A stretch of DNA of 64,000 bases from Chiloscyllium plagiosum (Eukaryota), in NCBI RefSeq assembly GCF_004010195.1, contig NC_057720.1:23293994-23357993 (forward strand). The letters run 5' to 3'. The notes below the pieces were generated by a model. The model was not told the origin of the DNA. It was given only the letters and a program-made list of their open reading frames with translations, and did not search any database. This document shows, piece by piece, positions 25,995-38,454 of this stretch; position 1 is the stretch's first letter; each line of letters begins with the position of its first letter. The position numbers and the translations under genes were made by a program.

Positions 25995-26727
25995 AGGATT
26001 AGTGGTGCTGGAAGAGCACGGCAGTTCAGGCAGCATCCAAGGAGCTTCGAAATCGACGTTTCGGGCAAAAGCCCTTCATCAGGAATAAAGGCAGTGAGCT
26101 TGGAGCGTGGAGAGATAAGCTCGAGGGGGGTGGGGGTGGGGAGAAAGTAGCATAGAGTACAATAGGTGAGTGGGGGAGGGGATGAAGGTGATAGGTCAGG
26201 GAGGAGAGGGTGGAGTGGATAGGTGGAAAAGGAGATAGGCAGGTAGGACAAGTCCGGACAAGTCATGGAGACAGTGCTGAGCTGGAAGTTTGGAACTAGG
26301 GTGAGGTGGGGGAAGGGGAAATGAGGAAACTGTTGAAGTCCACATTGATGCCCTGGGGTTGAAGTGTTCCTCCAGGCATCTGGTGGTGACGGAGCGGCGA
26401 TGAAGGAGGCCCAAGACCTCCATGCCCTCAGCAGAGTGGGAGGGGGAGTTGAAATGTTGGGCCACGGGGCAGTGCGGTTGATTGGTGTGGGAACTTTTTC
26501 ACATAGAGGGTGGTACGTGTATGGAATGAGCTGCCAGAGGATGTGGTGGAGGCTGGTACAATTGCAACATTTAAGAGGCATTTAGATAGGTATATGAATA
26601 GGAAGGGTTTGGAGGGATATGGGCCAGGTGCTGGCAGGTGGGACTAGATTGGGTTGGGATATCTGGTCAGCATGGATATCTGGTTGGAGTGAACGGTCTG
26701 TACATCTCTATGACACTACGACTCTAT
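25995..26727. mobile_element. PLE family A 3' end (-, 25995-26490) joined to a CR1 3' end (+, 26491-26727)
   Basis: Minus strand AQHFNSPSHSAEGMEVLGLLH plus terminal repeat with hammerhead motif at 26055-26082; then FSHRG..WNELPEDVVEA. Confidence 0.88.
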
Positions 26728-27027
26728 CTTATGGCCTTATGGTCAGAGTAATGGCTATGCTAATGTCTGTAGCCTTGGTCTTGAGGCCCTGAATTTCACA
26801 GTACCATAAGGTCTTTCTTGACACAATCACACAAACTTCTATCTTCTAGGATTGAGAAAGCCATGATCTGACTCCCAGCTAATGTAAGTTGGGAGTGGAA
26901 ACAACATGGGAACACTGAGGTGGGTGTGTAACAATGAGTTGTGCCATGGCATCTTTATACAAAATCAATTTTAGTGTGTTAAATCCTTCTGTATTGGGAA
27001 ACAGGTATCCTCAATTTGTACAGTCAC

Positions 27028-27825
27028 AGAATCTTGATCAATTGGGCCAATGAGCTGAGGAGTGACAGATGGGGTTTAATTTAGATAAATGCATTTTGGT
27101 AAAATGAACAAGGGAGGACTTACACAGTTAATGGAATGGCCCTGGGGAGTGTTGCTGGACAGCGAGAACTAGCAGTTCAGATACATAGTTCCTTGAAAGT
27201 TGTGTCACAGGCAAAGAGTGTGGTAAAGAAGGTGTTTGACACCCTTGCCTTCATTGTTCAGACCATTGAGTATAGGAGTTGGGACATCATGTTGCATTGG
27301 TGCGGCCACATTATGAGTACTATGTGCAGTTCTGGTGTAGGAAGGATATTATTAATTTGGAAAGGATGCAGAAAATATTTACCAGAATGTTGCTGAAATT
27401 AGAGGGTTCAAGTTATAAAGACAAGCTGGACTGGCTGGGACTTCTTTCACTGGAACATTGGAGGTAGAGGGGTGACCTTACAGAGGTTTATAAAATCATG
27501 AAGGGCATAGATAAGCTGAGTAGCAAAGGTCTTTTCCTTTGAGAGGGCATAATATTAAAACGAGACGCAAAAGATTTAAAAGGGACTTGACAGATAACTT
27601 TTTCACAGAGAATGGTTCGTGTGTGGAATGAACTGCCAGAGGAAGTGGTGGATGCAGGTACAGTTACAACATTTAAGAGACATTTGGGCAGGTACATCAA
27701 TGAGAAAGGATTAGAGAGGCTGTGGCAAATGCAGGAAAACGGAACTTCTTTAGTTTAGTTTGACTTAGGTCGGCATGGACGGGTTGGACTGAAGGGTTTG
27801 TTTCTGTGATGTAAGATCCTATAAC
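27028..27825 (+). mobile_element. CR1 RT C-terminus and 3' end
   Basis: LAVQIHSSLKV..IEYRSWD..LVRPHYEYYVQFW..LERMQKIFTRML. Confidence 0.9.
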
Positions 27826-28331
27826 TTTTTAATCAACATGTTAAAATGATTCAAAGTTGGCATATTTAACCAGGTTGAGCCATTTAAATTTGTTGTACCA
27901 TTCCATCTCAGTTATTTCGCACTGTGAAAATTTGTTTTCCGTGTTGGTGCTTCATGTGGACGAACCAAAGTCTGTTCTTCACTCTGCCTTTCTAATATTT
28001 CCCATTTTCTGTATCAAAACTTGCAAATGACACTTGGATAAGTGGGCATTACTAAAGGAGTGCCAGCACAGAAGGCTCAGGTTAACTAACTTGACTAACT
28101 TGATTGAATTCTTTTGTTTAAACAACAGAAGTTGAATCAGAGAAATGTTGTTCACCTGTTAGGCTTATAAAATGTCAAAGGGCACAGGATATAGATGGTG
28201 GCATCATGGATATGAAATTTGGTAAAGAATACTTGTGGAGGGAGGTGTTCCCTCATCCTTTGTTTCAAACTCACTTTTTTAAAAATGTGAACAATCAGGG
28301 TCTGCCGATACATGAAACTTGACAGCACAGT

Positions 28332-28855
28332 TACCCATGAGAAAGAAAAGATGAACCTTGAAGATAGGTTGTAGAATGGCTGGAAATTAAATTCTATGCA
28401 GACAGTGGCTGGTGACGAATAAGGATAGCACTTACACACAAGATCAAGCAGTGTTAAAGGGAATACAAGAACCGAGAGTCCTGGGGATGTGTGGGTACAA
28501 ATATCTAAAGGTGTTAAGTTAACAATGTTATAAGTAATAAAAATAAACTGTTTCCAATGGCTGTCACAGAAAGTACATTTTTAAGTTGAGTAGCAAAAGA
28601 ATCTGATGCAAGATGTGGAATTATTCTTTTAGGCAGTGAATGGTCAGGTGCTGGAATGCATGATGGGGTTAAAACAGATCAGATGGTAGTGTTCTAAAAG
28701 GAATTGGACAATAACTCTCCATGCATAAACATTATAGGCATATGGAGATCGTAACTGATTAGATTGCTGTTTGGAATAGGTAGTATACACTTAGTGGATC
28801 AAATACTACCTGAGAGATGGCCAAGTCTCTGATCTGGACCTTGGGAAGGCCTGGA
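28332..28855. repeat. Local segment duplicated in inverted orientation at 32206-32734
   Basis: Direct reading shows near identity over about 525 bp, with a few substitutions and one 5-bp indel. Confidence 0.95.
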
Positions 28856-30144
28856 GACTCAGTGGACTAAAAGAGGATTGTTTGTTTATAAATAAAATGC
28901 CCAGTTGCTACCTCAAGCATATTTTAACAATATTATTGATCTTTTTCTCCCTTCAGTAGCACTTACTTAACTGTCCTGACTGCACGAATAGATGCACTCA
29001 CAACCAATTAAAGATAATCATTGCAGCTCATATTATGGCTCATTTACACTAGCAAGAAGGGATATATATTCAAAATCAGGGACCTGTCCTCTGAAAATAA
29101 AAGGAATATGCTCACACCTTGCACCTTTCATAGAATAACCTAGGAGGTTGGGGAGTGTCTAATTCCCTACTGCTCTTTCCATAGCAACATATTAGTCAAT
29201 CAGAGTCAAATTGCTAACCATTCAGCACCCTTTTCTCTTCAAGTACAAATTATAATTATTTGAAATGTGGCCAATTTGCATTTATTCTGATGAGAGTGTA
29301 GTGATTGGAATGATGTCAGCCAGGAGGATCTCACAGAATATGAGTTCCCTGATTGGGTCTGTTAACCTGGTCCCATCAGGGAGTCTGGGCTGACAGACAT
29401 GAACAAGATTGTCAGGGGTTTTGCTCACTTTAGGAGCCGGCTCTGAGCTGTCTGGGTCATACTTTGCAAGTGTAAATAAGGTGTCAGTTAGTGCTGGGAT
29501 ACCAGCCTTCGTAGAGTTATTTCAGTGCTGACAATAGGAAAAAACATGCCACTGAAGATATTCTCTCGCAAAGGTCATCTTTGAATTGGAGTAAACATCA
29601 TGTTGCTATTTGGGATGTTTGACTCAATCAATCCTGCCATTGAAGACTGGGCCCAGTACGTGAAAAGAATACATTATTTCTGCCAGACAAATGACATTGG
29701 GACAGAGGAAAAGCAACAAATGAGTCACCTGACAGCTGGTGGATCCACAGCTTTTTTGGTTATTCGGAGCTTAATATTCCCAGAGGGACCAGATACTAAA
29801 ACCTTTCAAGCGTTGACGGCTTCAGCTGAGGTATATTACAGCCCATAGCCTCCTCTAATTCTGAGATGCTATTGGTTTTATTCAACAGTTTGAGAACCAG
29901 GGAAATCCATATCGGGATTTTTGTCAAGATCAAGGTGACTGGCAGAGGCTTGTGATTTTGGTTTAACCCTAAATGAGATGCTGAGAGATGGTTTGGTATG
30001 TGGGATTAATGATGGGATCATGCAAAAGTGCTGACTGGGTGAAACCCAGCAGGACTTCAAAGAGGCACGACAACTGGCTTTGTTATTAGAAAATACGTCA
30101 AGTGGAGCTTCTGAGTTACAGGGTATTCCAATGGAAGTGGACAG

Positions 30145-32086
30145 GGTAAAAACAATGACTGCAGATGCTGGAAACCAGATTCTGGATTAGAGTGGTGGTG
30201 GAAAAGCACAGCAGTTCAGGCAGCATCCAAGGAGCAGGAAAATCGACGTTTCGGGCAAAAGCCCTTCATCAGGAATTAGAGGCAGAGTGCATGCAAGATG
30301 GAGAGATAAATGAGAGGAGGGTGTGAGTGTGGAGAAAGTAGCATAGAGTACAATAGGTGAATGGGCTGAGCTGGAAGTTTGGAACTGGGGTGAGGTGGGG
30401 GAAGGGGAAATGAGGAAACTGGTGAAGTCCACATTGATGCCCTGGGGTTGAAGTGTTCCGAGGCAGAAGATGAGGCGTTCTTCCTTCAGGCGTCAGGTGG
30501 TGAGGGAGCGGTGGTGAAGGAGGCCCAGGACCTCCATGTCTTTGGCTGAATGGGAGGGGGAGTTGAAATGTTAGGCCACAGGGCGGTGTGGTTGATTAGT
30601 GCGATGTCCCGGAGATGTTCCCTAAAGCGTTCTGCTAGGAGGCGTACAGTCTCCCCAATGTAGAAGAAACCGCATCGAGAGCAACGGATACAATAAATGA
30701 TATTGGTGGATGTGCAGGTAAAACTTTGATGGATGTGGAAGGCTCCTTTGGGGCCTTGGATGGAGGTGAGGGAGGAGGTGTGGGTGCCGGTTTTGCAATT
30801 CATGCGATGGCAGGGGAAGGTGCCAGGATGGGAGGGTGGGTGCGTGGACCTAACCAGATAGTCACGGAGGCGATGGTCTTTGCGGAAGGTAGAAAGGGGT
30901 GGGGAGGGAAATATATCCCTGGTGGTGGAGTCCGTTTGGAAGTGGCGGAAATGTCGTCAGATGATTTGGTTTATGCGAAGGTTGGTAGGGTGGAAGCTGA
31001 GCACCAGGAGAGTACTGTCCTTGTTATGGTTGGAGGGTTGGGGTCTGAGGGCGGAGGTGCGGGATGTGGACGAGATGCATTGGAGGGCATCTTTAACCAT
31101 GTGGGAAGAAAAATTGCGGTCTCTAAAGAAGGAGTGTTCTGTGGTGTGTTCTGTGGTGAAACTGGTCCTCCTGGGAGCAGATACGGCAGAGGCAGAGGAA
31201 TTGGGAATACTGGATGGCATTCTTGCAGGAGGTAGGGTGGGAAGAGGTGTAATCCAGGTAGCTGTGGGAGTCGGTGGGTTTGTAAAAAATGTCGGTGTCA
31301 AGTCGGTCGTCATTAATGGAGATGGAGAGGTCCAGGAAGGGGGGGGAGGTGTCAGAGATGGTCCAGGTAAATTTAAGGTCAGCGTGGAATGTATTGGTGA
31401 AATTGATGAATTGCTCAACCTCCTCGCGGGAGCACGAGGTGCCGCCAATGCAGTCATCAATCTAGCGGAGCAATAGTTGGGGAGTGGTGCCGGTGTAACT
31501 ACGGAAGCTATACTGTTCTACGTAGCCAACAAAGAGACAGGCATAGCTGGGGCCCATACGGGTGCCCATGGCTACCCCTCTGGTCTGGAGGAAGTGGGAG
31601 GATTCGAAGGAGAAATTGTTACGGGTGAGGACCAGTTCGGCCAAACGAATGAGAGTGTCGGTGGAAGGGTACTGTTGAGGATGTTGGCAGAGGAAGAAAC
31701 GGAGGGCTTGGAGGCCCTGGTCATGGCGGATGGAGGTGTAGAGGAATTGGATATCCATGGTGAAGATGAGACATTGGGGGCCGGGGAAATGAAAGTCTTG
31801 GAGGAGGTGGAGAGCATGGGTGGTGTCTTGAAAGAATGTGGGGAGTTCCTGGACTGGGGGGAATAGGAAAGTGTTGAGGTAGGTAGAGATGAGTTCAGTG
31901 GGGGAGGAGCATGCTGAGACAATGGGTCGGCCAGGGTGGTTAGGCTTGTGGATCTTGGGAAGGAGGTTGAACTGGGCAGTGCGGGATTCTCAGACTATGG
32001 GGTTGGAAGCTGTGGGTGGGAGATCTCCTGAGGTGATGAGGTTCTGTATGGTCTGGGAGATGATGGTTTGGTGATGGGGGGTGGGG
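30145..32086 (-). mobile_element. Penelope-like element (family A) with RT and GIY-YIG endonuclease, pseudogenised
   Basis: MDIQFLYTSI..LVLTRNNFSF..QTRGVAMGTRMGPSYACLFVG..LR*IDD; IYCIRCSRCGFFYIGET..RFREH; terminal repeat with hammerhead motif at 30245-30272. Confidence 0.95.
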
Positions 32087-32877
32087 TCTACCTCTTGCAA
32101 AAATGCCATCCTGTATTCCCAATTCCTCCACCACCACCAGGAGGACCAGTTTCACCACAGAACACACCACAGAACACTCCTTCTTTAGAGACCGCAATTT
32201 CCCTTTCCGGGCCTTCCCAAGATCCAGATCAGAGACTTGGCCATCTCTCAGGTAGTATTTGATCCACTAAGTGTATACTACCTATTCCAAACAGCAATCT
32301 AATCAGTTTCGCTCTCCATATGCCTATAATATTTATGTATGGAGAGTTATTGTCCAATTCCTTTTCGAACACTACCATCTGATCTGTTTTAATCCCATCA
32401 TGCATTCCAGCACCTGACCATTCACTGCCTAAAAGAATAATTCCCCATTTTGCATCAGATTCTTTTGCTACTCAACTTAAAAATGTACTTTCTGTGACAG
32501 CCATTGGAAACAGTTTATTTTTATTACTTATAACATTGTTAACTTAACTTAACACCTTTAGATATTTGTACCCACACATCCCCAGGACTCTCGGTTCTTG
32601 TATTCCCTTTAACACTGCTTGATCTTGTGTGTAAGTGCTATCCTTATTCGTCACCAGCCACTGTCTGCATAGAATTTAATTTCCAGCCATTCTACAACCT
32701 ATCTTCAAGGTTCATCTTTTCTTTCTCATGGGTAGCATTGTAATCAGCAACAGAGTCCCACAGGGGCTGAACTGAGTAAGACAACTCACCCTGGAGTACC
32801 ACACTCTGGAAAGCCCACCCCTATCTGGGATGGAACAGTTAAATTGCCCAACAGCATCCAAATCAGCAACAGCATCC

Positions 32878-33090
32878 AGGGGCGTTGGAAATGCGATAGT
32901 CACCTTAACCTCCTTCCACCTATCGCATTTCCAACGCCCCTCCCCCAAGTCCCTCCTCCCTACCTTTTATCTTAGCCTACTTGGCACACTTTCCTCATTC
33001 CTGAAGAAGGGCTCATGCCAGGAATGTTGATTCTCCTGCTCCTTGGATGCTACCTGACCTGCTGCGCTTTTCCAGCAACACATTTTCAAC
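32878..33090 (+). mobile_element. PLE family A-like terminal repeat with a short 5' inversion
   Basis: 22-bp inverted repeat 32878-32899/32920-32941; cctgaagaagggctcatgcc...ccagcaacacatttt. Confidence 0.8.
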
Positions 33091-35319
33091 CCTAAGTGAC
33101 CTACTTGGGCTACAGAGTGGACAAGACCGGATTAGACTTGTGAGCAAACAAGTTAAGAACAAACAAAGGTGCCCCAGCTCCTGTGTCTGTCCCAGAGCTT
33201 TGGTCTTTCTGTGGATTGGTGAATTATCATGGAAAATCATACATAATCTGGCCTCCATCCTGGCCCTTTTACATTTGCTATTGAAAATGGGTCAACTTTG
33301 ATAATGGTTTAATAGCCACGATGCAGCCTTTAAAGAAGTGAAGAAGTAGGTATCATCGTCTAAGGTTTTGGCACTCTACGACCCCAAGCAAGATGTGGTA
33401 CTGAGAAGTGATGTCCCCCTGTCCAATATTTGGGTAGTGTTGGCTCGCCAGAGGCCCAGCCGGGAGGAACAACCGATAGGGTATGCTTACCAGATTTTGG
33501 CTGATGCCAAACAAAAATATGCTCAGACAGAGAAAGAAGGTTTGGCGGTCATCTTTGGTGTGAGAAAGTTCCATCAATCACTTTACAGGACATAAATTTG
33601 TAAGAGTAACCGACCACAAACTCCTGTTAGGCCTACTTAAAGAGGACAGGTCTGTGCTGCCCATAGCTTCAGTCAAATTCAGCAGTGGGCTCTTATTCTG
33701 AGTGTGTACTACAAATTGGAACATCATCTGGGAAGCCAAGTGGGTATTGTGGATGCTGTGAGAGCCGCCTCCAGTGGTTCAGCCACTGGAAGAGTCTGCT
33801 TTGGTTGTAAACTTTCTGGACACCCTTTTGGTCACCGCCGACAACAGCAGACTTTGGACAGAAAAAGATCCCATCCTGGCAAAACTAAAATGTCTGGTGA
33901 TGATGAGGGAAACAAAAGGACCATCACAACCAGGATTGAAACCTTTCTGGACCCAGTGAGACCAGATTACTATGGAGGACAGCATATTATTACAGAGAGC
34001 AAGAGTGAATGTCCGGAGCAAAGGCCATCGCCGAACTCCACTGGGGTCACCCAGGGGATTTCCAAAATGCAGATGTTGGCGAGAAGTTATGTCTGGTGCC
34101 AGAATTGGATGCCAACATAGCTGCTTTGGTAGGGCAGTGTCCATAGTACCAACAAGGGCAGAATTTGCTGCCAGCAGCTCACCCACATTTGTGGGACTGG
34201 CTAGATAATCTCTGGACTCAGTTACACATCAACTATGCCAGTCCTTTCATGGGCACCATATTCTTAGTTATTGTGGACACCCATTCAAAGTGGTTGGACA
34301 TGCATAGAGTTCATTCATCAAACACAGGCGCAATGATTGAAAAGTTGCGAGCATCTTTTGCAATAAACAGATTCCCAGAGGTGCTGGTCAGAGGCATTGG
34401 GCCATCATTTACCAGCAGGGAATTTGAGCATTTCTTTAAGTCAAATGGCATTCAGCATGTATGGACAGCTCCATCCCTTGTCCACTGGACTGGCAGAAAG
34501 AATAGTCCACATTTTGAGGGCATTCTTAAAGAAACAGCATACATCTTCACTCGATATCAAAGTGTTCCTGTTTGATTATAGGACCATCTCTCACACAATT
34601 ACAGGAATAGCTCCAGCAGAGTTGCTGATGGGGAGAAAACTCTGCACCAGATTAAATCTGACCTTCCCGGTCCTGGGAGTGAGGGCGAAATGGCATTGGA
34701 AGTGCCAATGTAAGACACATGACTCCTCTAAGTGGGAGAGGCCGTTTACTTCAGGGAACAAAGTTTGGTGTTGAAACAACAGGAATGGCCCTGCATAGGT
34801 AAAAAGCATGTTGACTCAAAGTCAGGTAACGTGATCTACAAAGGTTGGGAAGGAGAGACGGTCCTGACTAAGCACATGGAGCACATGAAAGCAGTAGCTT
34901 CGCAAACGGGGCAAGAGCAAAACATACTCACTCCCTCAGAACAGCTGGCAAGGCTATCAGAACCCATTGATTCTCCCCCTCCACCTGGCAATTGAAGAAA
35001 CCTCTGTGTTTGGGATGGACACGGCAAATGTCGCAGCCTCAATGCTGTTACCACCTAAGAAGAAGATGAGTTTTGGCCAAGACCCTCTGTTCGCAAGAGG
35101 TGGGCTACGGTCCAGTATATGCCACCAGTATCTGTGGCAGAGTCTAAACAAATACTAATAACAAAGCTACAAAAGGAAAACCTTAACAATAATAATAATG
35201 ATAACAAACGTAACATAGCTCAGCAGAACAAAGCAATAGCCCTTAATCATTGAGCACATAAGTTAATACGTGTTCATACGTTTGAAATTCCTCCCCTCTG
35301 GATGCCAAACCAATTACTT

Positions 35320-36311
35320 AGAATTGCCATGGCTATATAAAGCCTCTTGCTCATTTCTCCCTCCAATTCTATTTTGATTTAGTCCCTACCCTCCCCTTCA
35401 CTGTTTTTGATCACACAGCACTGCCCTTTGATGCGAAGGGCAGTGTTTGTCACTGGCCACCTGGGTGTTTTCCTATCTTCCTGGTGGTGGAAATTGAATA
35501 AAGATTGGTGCACTTTGTGTCTCTCACTGTGTCTCACACCTGCACACACACACCATGGGTGCTGGGGATAAAATAAGCACTACCGCACTTAGGTGGTAGT
35601 GTGGGGGTTAAAATTTAAAAAAAAAAAAATAAATAAACAGGGGATAAAAAATAAAAAAAAAAATAAACAGGAGTGTGTTTGTCACTGGCCACCCGGGTGT
35701 TTTCCTGTCTTCCTGGTGGTGGAAATTGAATAAAGATTCATGCACTTTGTGAGTTTCACTGTGTCTCACACCTGCACACACACACACCATGGGTGCTGGG
35801 GAAAAAAGTAAGCACTACCGCACTTAGGTGGTAGTGTGGGGGTTTAAAAAAAAAATAGGAGTGGTCACTGGCCACCCGGGTGTTTTTCTATCTTCCTGGT
35901 GTGGAAATTGAATAAAGATTTGTGCACTTTGTGTCTTTCACTGTGTCTCACACGTATACACACACACCACGCGTGCTGGGGATAAAATAAGCACTACTGC
36001 ACTTAGGTGGTAGTGTGGGGGTTAAATTTAAAAAAAAAGAAAATAGACAGGAGAAAATAAAAAAAAAGAAGAAAAGGAAAAATAAACAGGAGTGTGTTTG
36101 TCACTGGCCACCCGGGTGTTTTCCTATCTTCCTGGTGGTGGAAATTGAATAAAGATTCGTGCACTTTGTGACTTTCACTGTGTCTCACACCTGCACACAC
36201 ACACCATGGGTGCTGGGGAAAAAATAAGCACTACCACATTTAGGTGGTAGTGTGGGGGTTAATATATCACCGGGAGAAAAAAAAAATTAAAAAAAAATAA
36301 AAAAAAAGAAG
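35320..36311 (+). repeat. Poly(A)-tailed retroposon 3' end with four tandem units of about 200 bp
   Basis: Units start near 35441, 35676, 35864 and 36095; each has AATAAA, a cactaccgc..gtggtagtg hairpin and an A-rich tail. Confidence 0.9.
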
Positions 36312-36359
36312 ATAAACAGGAGTGTCAGGGGTTTTGCTCAGTCTCGGAACTGACTCTGC

Positions 36360-36854
36360 TGGTGTCGAATAAACATTTAGTCAGGCGATAGTATTCTTGT
36401 TACACACACACACATCACCTTTATTACTTGCAATGCAGGGGACTCAACCTCACAAGGGACAAAGTCATCCTTGCCCAAGGAGTCTGCTTTTTGAAGGTTA
36501 CAATCATATTTTTATACACACATCAGCGTCAATTATATATTGGTTTCTTCTTATTGTCCAATTTCATATTGATTTTGAAGCCTTGGCAACACAATAGGTC
36601 AATCATATACTGCTTTGGCTACGCCTCACTTAAGATGAGGTATTTTGCCTTAGACTCTCGCCCCAGAAATTAAATGTGGTTCATAGCTTCCTCTTTGGTT
36701 AAAATCGAGCAAGTTTCGGGTTTACTACAGGTCTAACGCTCAACACCTAGCTATAACATGGAACAATTGTGGCCAGTGCTGCTCCGTACATATGTTGTTT
36801 TGAACCTGTCTGTCTTGTTTAAATTGCCTTTGTTTTATTTTAACCCCTTCCACA
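36360..36854 (-). mobile_element. Probable solo LTR inserted in the Gypsy 3' LTR
   Basis: Minus strand runs TGTGGAAGGGG...TTCGACACCA with AATAAA about 60 nt from its end; host LTR resumes on both sides; TSD not clear. Confidence 0.55.
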
Positions 36855-37588
36855 CTAGCTGGGTCACTGTCATGTACTATGCATGTGTAAATAAAGGGTG
36901 ACTAAGAGACTGGATACTGGCCTTCATGGAGTTCTGTTAGAGAGCAGGATGGAAAACTTCAACAGCATGTTTCTCTTTGCAGGAATATTCAAGCCCTGTA
37001 CTACCAAACAACTATTTGTGATCTGATAATGTTTTCCCCTTCTCAAATGCTAATGATTTCTTGTGCTACAATATGAATATGCAAATTGTTATTTGCATGT
37101 TCTTCTCTTGCACTTCAGTGACACCATCTGCAATTGAAATGTGAGATTGGCAGGACAGTCCACCCACACACTGTATAGAAATAAAAGGCTATTCACAAGC
37201 AATTGAATTCAGCACTGGGAATAAGAACATTTTGAAAATTGGAAAAAATATTTTAAACCGGTTACTTTCAAGACATTTTTGTGAAAATGGTGCTTTCTCG
37301 CAAAACACATCAAGGAGGACTACACATGACTACATGAATAAAAATAGTGTAGTGCTTCTTCCCAGCTCAGCACAACTGCTAATTAGAAATTAACCTTTAA
37401 TCTGCCAGCAAGCCAAGGGAAACAGCAGGCTCCATAGGTTTAGTTTGAAAAATATCAGCTCAGACAAAGGTAAGTACAGATGTGTGAGATGTTTTATCTC
37501 AGTTAGCTAATTCTATACCAATTATGGCCACACCATTATGGAATCCAATTGCTTCTTGCATAGCATTTATTGCTTCATGTACAGTTCA

Positions 37589-38447
37589 ACTGCAAAACCT
37601 GCGCCCACACCTCCTCCCTCACCTCCATCCAAGGCCCTAAAGGAGCCTTCCACATCCATCAAAGTTTTACCTGCACATCCACTAATGTCATTTATTGAAT
37701 CCGTTGCTCCCAATGCGGTCTCCTCTACATTAGGGAGACTGGACGCCTCCTAGCAGAGCGCTTTAGGGAACATGTCCGGGACACCCGCATCAATCACTGG
37801 ATTGGTGGTGATTCAATGAAGGGCTTTTGCCTGAAACGTCGATTTCGAAGCTCCTTGGATGCTGCCTGAACTGCTGTGCTCTTCTAGCACCACTAATCCA
37901 GAATCTGGTTTCCAGCATCTTCCGTCATTGTTTTAACTCGCATCAATCAACCACTTCACCCTGTGGCCCAACATTTCAACTCCCCCTCCCACTCTGCCGA
38001 GGACATGGAGGTCCTGGGCCTCCTTCACCACCGCTCCCTCACCAGACGCCTGGAGAAAGAACGCCTCATCTTCCTCCTCGGAGCACTTCAACCCCAGGGC
38101 ATCAATGTGGACTTCAACAGCTTCCTCATTTCCCCTTCCCCCACCTCATCCTAGCTTCTAACCTCCAGAAACTCGATCCCCTGACCTGTCCGGACTTGTC
38201 CGACCTGCCCAGCTCCTGTTCCACCTATCCACTCCACCCTCTCCTCCCTGACCTATCACCTTCATCTCCTTCCCCACTGACCTATTGTACTCTATGCCAC
38301 TCTCTCCCACCCCCACCCTCCTCTAGCTTATCTCTCCACGCTTCAGGCTCTCTGCCTTTATTCCTGATGAAGGGCTTTTGCCCGAAACGTCGATTTTGCC
38401 TGTCCTCGGATGCTGCCCGAATTGCTGTTCTCTTCCAGCACCACTGA
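37589..38447 (+). mobile_element. PLE family A GIY-YIG 3' region with a same-family repeat nested at 37797-37938
   Basis: AQHFNSPSHSAEDMEVLGLLH..RLIFLLGALQPQGINVDF; hammerhead motif at 38364-38391; TSD cgcatcaatca (37786-37796, 37939-37949). Confidence 0.9.
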
Positions 38448-38454
38448 TCCAGAG

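Larger units (their letters stand above)
29297..36939 (+). mobile_element. Decayed Ty3/Gypsy LTR retrotransposon with nested insertions
   Basis: 5' LTR 29297-29524 (TG...CA); gag 29600-30143 (EDWAQYVKR, CDFG..LNEMLRDGLVCGI); pol about 33093-34900 (VTYLGYRV, RNase H YAQTEKEGLAVIFGVRKFH, integrase FLVIVDTHSKW..GLAER); split 3' LTR 36312-36359 and 36855-36939; TSD gagag at 29292-29296 and 36940-36944. Confidence 0.9.

Noticed and set aside
30726..31866. Long + strand ORFs (169, 198 and 129 aa)
   Set aside because: Antisense shadows of the minus-strand PLE RT.
35441..36311. Repeat-spacer pattern suggesting a CRISPR array
   Set aside because: Units are about 170 bp plus poly(A)-like tails, there are no unique spacers or cas genes, and the context is eukaryotic.
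37360..37476. Strong splice donor AAG|GTAAGT near 37470
   Set aside because: No open frame or convincing acceptor upstream.
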